DNA from: an uncultured candidate division Zixibacteria bacterium
GTDB lineage: Bacteria > Zixibacteria > MSB-5A5 > UBA10806 > 4484-95
Reading direction: 5' to 3'
DNA length: 64,000 bases
Assembly (NCBI GenBank): GCA_963668625.2
Contig: CAXXKA010000006.1
Location: forward strand, 192,001 to 256,000
Shown here: in pieces, positions 61,176-64,000 of the stretch
Layout of the letters: each line of letters opens with the position of its first letter
How positions within the stretch are numbered: the stretch's first letter is position 1
Position numbers and translations under genes: made by a program
The notes under the pieces: model-generated
What the model saw: the letters and a program-made list of their open reading frames with translations, nothing else
The model's database searches: none
Told to the model about the DNA's origin: nothing

Positions 61176-61916
61176 ATGAAAAAAAGATATTGGTTGTTAC
61201 TTGTTCTCGCGATTGCGGTACTCGGCTCCGGATGCGCCACCCGTCGCCAGGTGGCTGAGGTTCAACTGGATATGGATTACCTGAAAAGCGAACATCAGAA
61301 CCTGAAAACTATGCTTGCGCGTATCGATTCGATGCTGGTTGAAACCGGCGATGGTCAGAAACGTCTTAACGCCGAGTTGAAAATGAGTATGGGAGCCATC
61401 GAGGAGAGAATGCTCCTGGTTGAGCAAAGGCTTGCGGATGCCGGCATGATGGTTAACAATGCCGTTAATGTTATGGAAAGCAATCGCTCCCATAATGCCA
61501 CCCCAGCCGATTCCTCCGACACTACCAGGGTTGAGGGCACCGTCGATCAATTGGAACTGTACAGACTTGCATATTCCGATTTGACCAAGGGTAATTACGA
61601 TCTGGCGATTAAAGGTTTCGAGGAACTGCTCAAGGGGCATGCCAAATCGGCCCTGGCCGACAATGCCGTTTATTGGATAGCCGAGTGCCATTATATCAAG
61701 AAATCGTATGCCAACTCGCAAAGCTGGTACGAGAGGCTGTTGAAAGACTACCCAAAATCGGAACACTTCGCCTCCTCGAAATACAAACTGGGGATGTCGT
61801 TATACAATCAGCGATATATCACCAAGGCTAAACAGTATTTTCAGGATGTGGTTAAGGATTATCCGGGAACCTCCGAGGCCGATAAAGCCGCAGAGATGCT
61901 GGCCCGGTATAAATAA
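61176..61916 (+). CDS. cpoB: Tol-Pal system TPR protein CpoB/YbgF
   Basis: Lipobox GSGC, coiled coil and TPR (ADNAVYWIAE), downstream of pal. Confidence 0.88.
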   Translation: MKKRYWLLLVLAIAVLGSGCATRRQVAEVQLDMDYLKSEHQNLKTMLARIDSMLVETGDGQKRLNAELKMSMGAIEERMLLVEQRLADAGMMVNNAVNVMESNRSHNATPADSSDTTRVEGTVDQLELYRLAYSDLTKGNYDLAIKGFEELLKGHAKSALADNAVYWIAECHYIKKSYANSQSWYERLLKDYPKSEHFASSKYKLGMSLYNQRYITKAKQYFQDVVKDYPGTSEADKAAEMLARYK

Positions 61917-62016
61917 TCGGTTATATTGATAGACTGGACAATTCTGATTTAACTTGAACTTATTTTTCCGATAGATTATATTGGATGCTCGAAATATTGG
62001 ACGAACTTGTCTAACC

Positions 62017-62100
62017 GGAGGATTAGCTCTAATTGGTAAGGCAGCGGTCTTGAAAACCGCCGGCCGAAAGGCCATGGGGGTTCGAATCCCTCATCCTCCG
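62017..62100 (+). tRNA. tRNA-Ser (anticodon TGA)
   Basis: Acceptor GGAGGAT/ATCCTCC, anticodon arm GCGGT-CTTGAAA-ACCGC, long variable arm GGCC-GAAA-GGCC, GGTTCGAATCC, discriminator G. CCA is not encoded. Confidence 0.93.
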
Positions 62101-62472
62101 CTTTATTCCCCTAAAGCTTAATATTTTGTATGAAAATAGCCTGCATATCATATTACGGTTATACCGCTTATTTCAATACGATCTCGAGTCTATCATGATA
62201 TATAAAAGCCCGCCTTGATAACCGGTTTTTGTTTTATCATTTTCGCCGTGATGTTCTGGCGCCTGATCAGAATGCATAACAGCGCCAAAGCTTAATAGTG
62301 ATGATCAATCGAATATACTTATTGCCAGTATTTTTTTATCAAAATTATCTGCCATGTATCGGCAGGCTGAAGTTATCCTGTCTCACGCGCTATCATTATC
62401 GTACTAAAAAAGCGAACCCACCTCATGGCATCAAGCCTGAGGTGGATTCGTATGTTTACGCAGCTATATTCC

Positions 62473-64000
62473 TTAATAATCGAAGCCTTTGAATTTAACC
62501 CTGAAAAATAATGAGTAGAGCAGAGGCACGAAACCGAGCGTAAGAATCGTGGCGAACAACAGCCCGAATATAATAGCCACCGCCATGGTGCTGAAAAGCG
62601 GGCCGCCGCCGAACCAGAGCGGAATCATACCGCCTATTGTCGTGGCGGTCGTCAGGATTATCGGTCGCAACCGTCTTTGCGAGGCCTCGATAATGGCGCG
62701 GTTGGCCTCGAGACCGTTTTCGTCCTGTTCGATTCTGATTCGATCCAGCAGTACGATTGCGTTGTTAATCACGATTCCCGCCAGTGAAATAATTCCCAGG
62801 AAAGTCATGAATCCCAGCGAGCCCCCTGTTATTAGCAGACCGATAAATACGCCGATTAACGCCAACGGAATTGTGGCCAGTATGATTACCGGCCGTCTAA
62901 GGCTGTTAAACTGCGCAACCAGCAAAAACGCTATGATGGCGAAGGCAAAAGGCAGCTTGGCCATAATCGCCTCGTTAGCCTCGACCGAGCTTTCCAATTC
63001 ACCACCGTATTCATATTTATATCCTAAAGGCCAGGATTCGGATAGCTCCTTAACGTACGGATCGATAAGGTTAATTATTTTAATAGCGTTGACTCCCGAT
63101 TCGACATACGATTTGATCGTAACGGTTTTAATCCGATCTCGCCGTATTACTTTGGATGGTTCCCAGGTCACCTCAATATCGGCCACCTGTTTAAGCGGAA
63201 CCGTTCTGCCCGTTGTCTGTGAATAAATATCCAGTGTTTCCAGCTTGTTCAAATCATCGCGATAAGTTTGCTCGGCGCGAAGCGTAATCGGGATTACCTT
63301 GTCATCCTCCCTGAACTGAGTTGTCTCCAACCCTGTAAGGATTGATTGCAGACTAACTGCGATATCCATATTGGTTACGCCGGCGCGCTGGGCACGGGGT
63401 CGGTCTATTTTCACGATCAACTTTTTCTTCCAGATACCCCAGTTATTTTCGATATTTTTGGTGCCCGGAATGCTATCGAGCATCGACTGCACCCGATCAA
63501 CGATATTAAACAGTGTCTCCTGGTCTTTGCCCGATATCCTGATCTGCACGGGAGCTTCAACCGGCGGTCCGTAGTCGAGAGCCTCGAGGATAGTTGTGGC
63601 ATCGGGGAAATGAGCTTGAACGAAGTTCTCCAGCCGGGGAATCAGGCTATCGACTTGCTCTCTCGAGGTAGTGTTGGCAATGATATAAGCCAGCTCCTCT
63701 TTCTGTGGTTCGGGGTTCGCCGAAAGATAAAACCTGGGGCCGCCCTCTCCAATGAACATGGCCCAGTTAACGATACCCGCTTCACGGCTGTCGTCGACCC
63801 GGAGGCTATCGTTTATGAATTTCTCTATGCGGTCAACCATCATGTTGGTTTGTTCTATCGGCGTACCGATAGGCAGGGTGAATGAACCGCGCAGGAAAGC
63901 CCTGTCGGAGGTCGGGAAGAACATCGCCGGAATGAAAGCTGTAAGTTGCATCGCGCCTATGAATATCGCTATTGCCGCCAGCAATGATAGCACCGGTCGT
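62473..64000 (-). CDS. RND efflux permease (AcrB/AcrD/AcrF family), partial
   Basis: GIVINNAIVL and RRLRPIILTT motifs; 5' end lies outside the window. Confidence 0.92.
   Translation of the reverse strand, partial: RPVLSLLAAIAIFIGAMQLTAFIPAMFFPTSDRAFLRGSFTLPIGTPIEQTNMMVDRIEKFINDSLRVDDSREAGIVNWAMFIGEGGPRFYLSANPEPQKEELAYIIANTTSREQVDSLIPRLENFVQAHFPDATTILEALDYGPPVEAPVQIRISGKDQETLFNIVDRVQSMLDSIPGTKNIENNWGIWKKKLIVKIDRPRAQRAGVTNMDIAVSLQSILTGLETTQFREDDKVIPITLRAEQTYRDDLNKLETLDIYSQTTGRTVPLKQVADIEVTWEPSKVIRRDRIKTVTIKSYVESGVNAIKIINLIDPYVKELSESWPLGYKYEYGGELESSVEANEAIMAKLPFAFAIIAFLLVAQFNSLRRPVIILATIPLALIGVFIGLLITGGSLGFMTFLGIISLAGIVINNAIVLLDRIRIEQDENGLEANRAIIEASQRRLRPIILTTATTIGGMIPLWFGGGPLFSTMAVAIIFGLLFATILTLGFVPLLYSLFFRVKFKGFDY

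Noticed and set aside
62017-62100. tRNA as tRNA-Sec serving the UGA codons
   Set aside because: The anticodon is TGA (reads UCA, Ser), not TCA, and the acceptor stem is a normal 7 bp. selC must lie elsewhere.
62100-62470. Integrative element at the tRNA-Ser 3' end
   Set aside because: No integrase and no duplicated tRNA 3' end are visible in the window.

Overview
Bacterial genomic window, standard genetic code, from an anaerobic diderm. The gingipain-C25/dockerin protein and overall gene style suggest a Zixibacteria/FCB-like lineage (inference). It is mostly housekeeping and envelope genes: hdrC-hdrB plus an SdhB/FrdB-like Fe-S gene, ligA, a PpiC foldase, csp, ltaE, ABC transporters, hbd-crt, ADP-forming acyl-CoA synthetase, an asnB-ACP-acyl-CoA ligase-NadE-like cluster next to exosortase/EpsI, two TonB-dependent receptors, a TetR-LolA-like-barrel-MMPL operon, an intact IS256, a C25 peptidase, tolB-pal-cpoB, tRNA-Ser and an RND permease. 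The standout is a tandem array of three secreted DUF1573-like Ig-domain paralogs at 2152-5171. The middle copy has K-P-G-C-G-C-T. Both flanking copies have an in-frame TGA exactly at the first Cys, the frame stays open and homologous beyond it, and a covarying hairpin sits at an identical distance downstream. These are predicted exported U-G-C selenoproteins with SECIS elements, which the ORF track splits in two. Other notable items are a His-rich RAPP-type leader ORF ahead of a metal TonB-receptor operon, a stand-alone PolX 8-kDa domain behind ligA, and several REP-like palindrome families.
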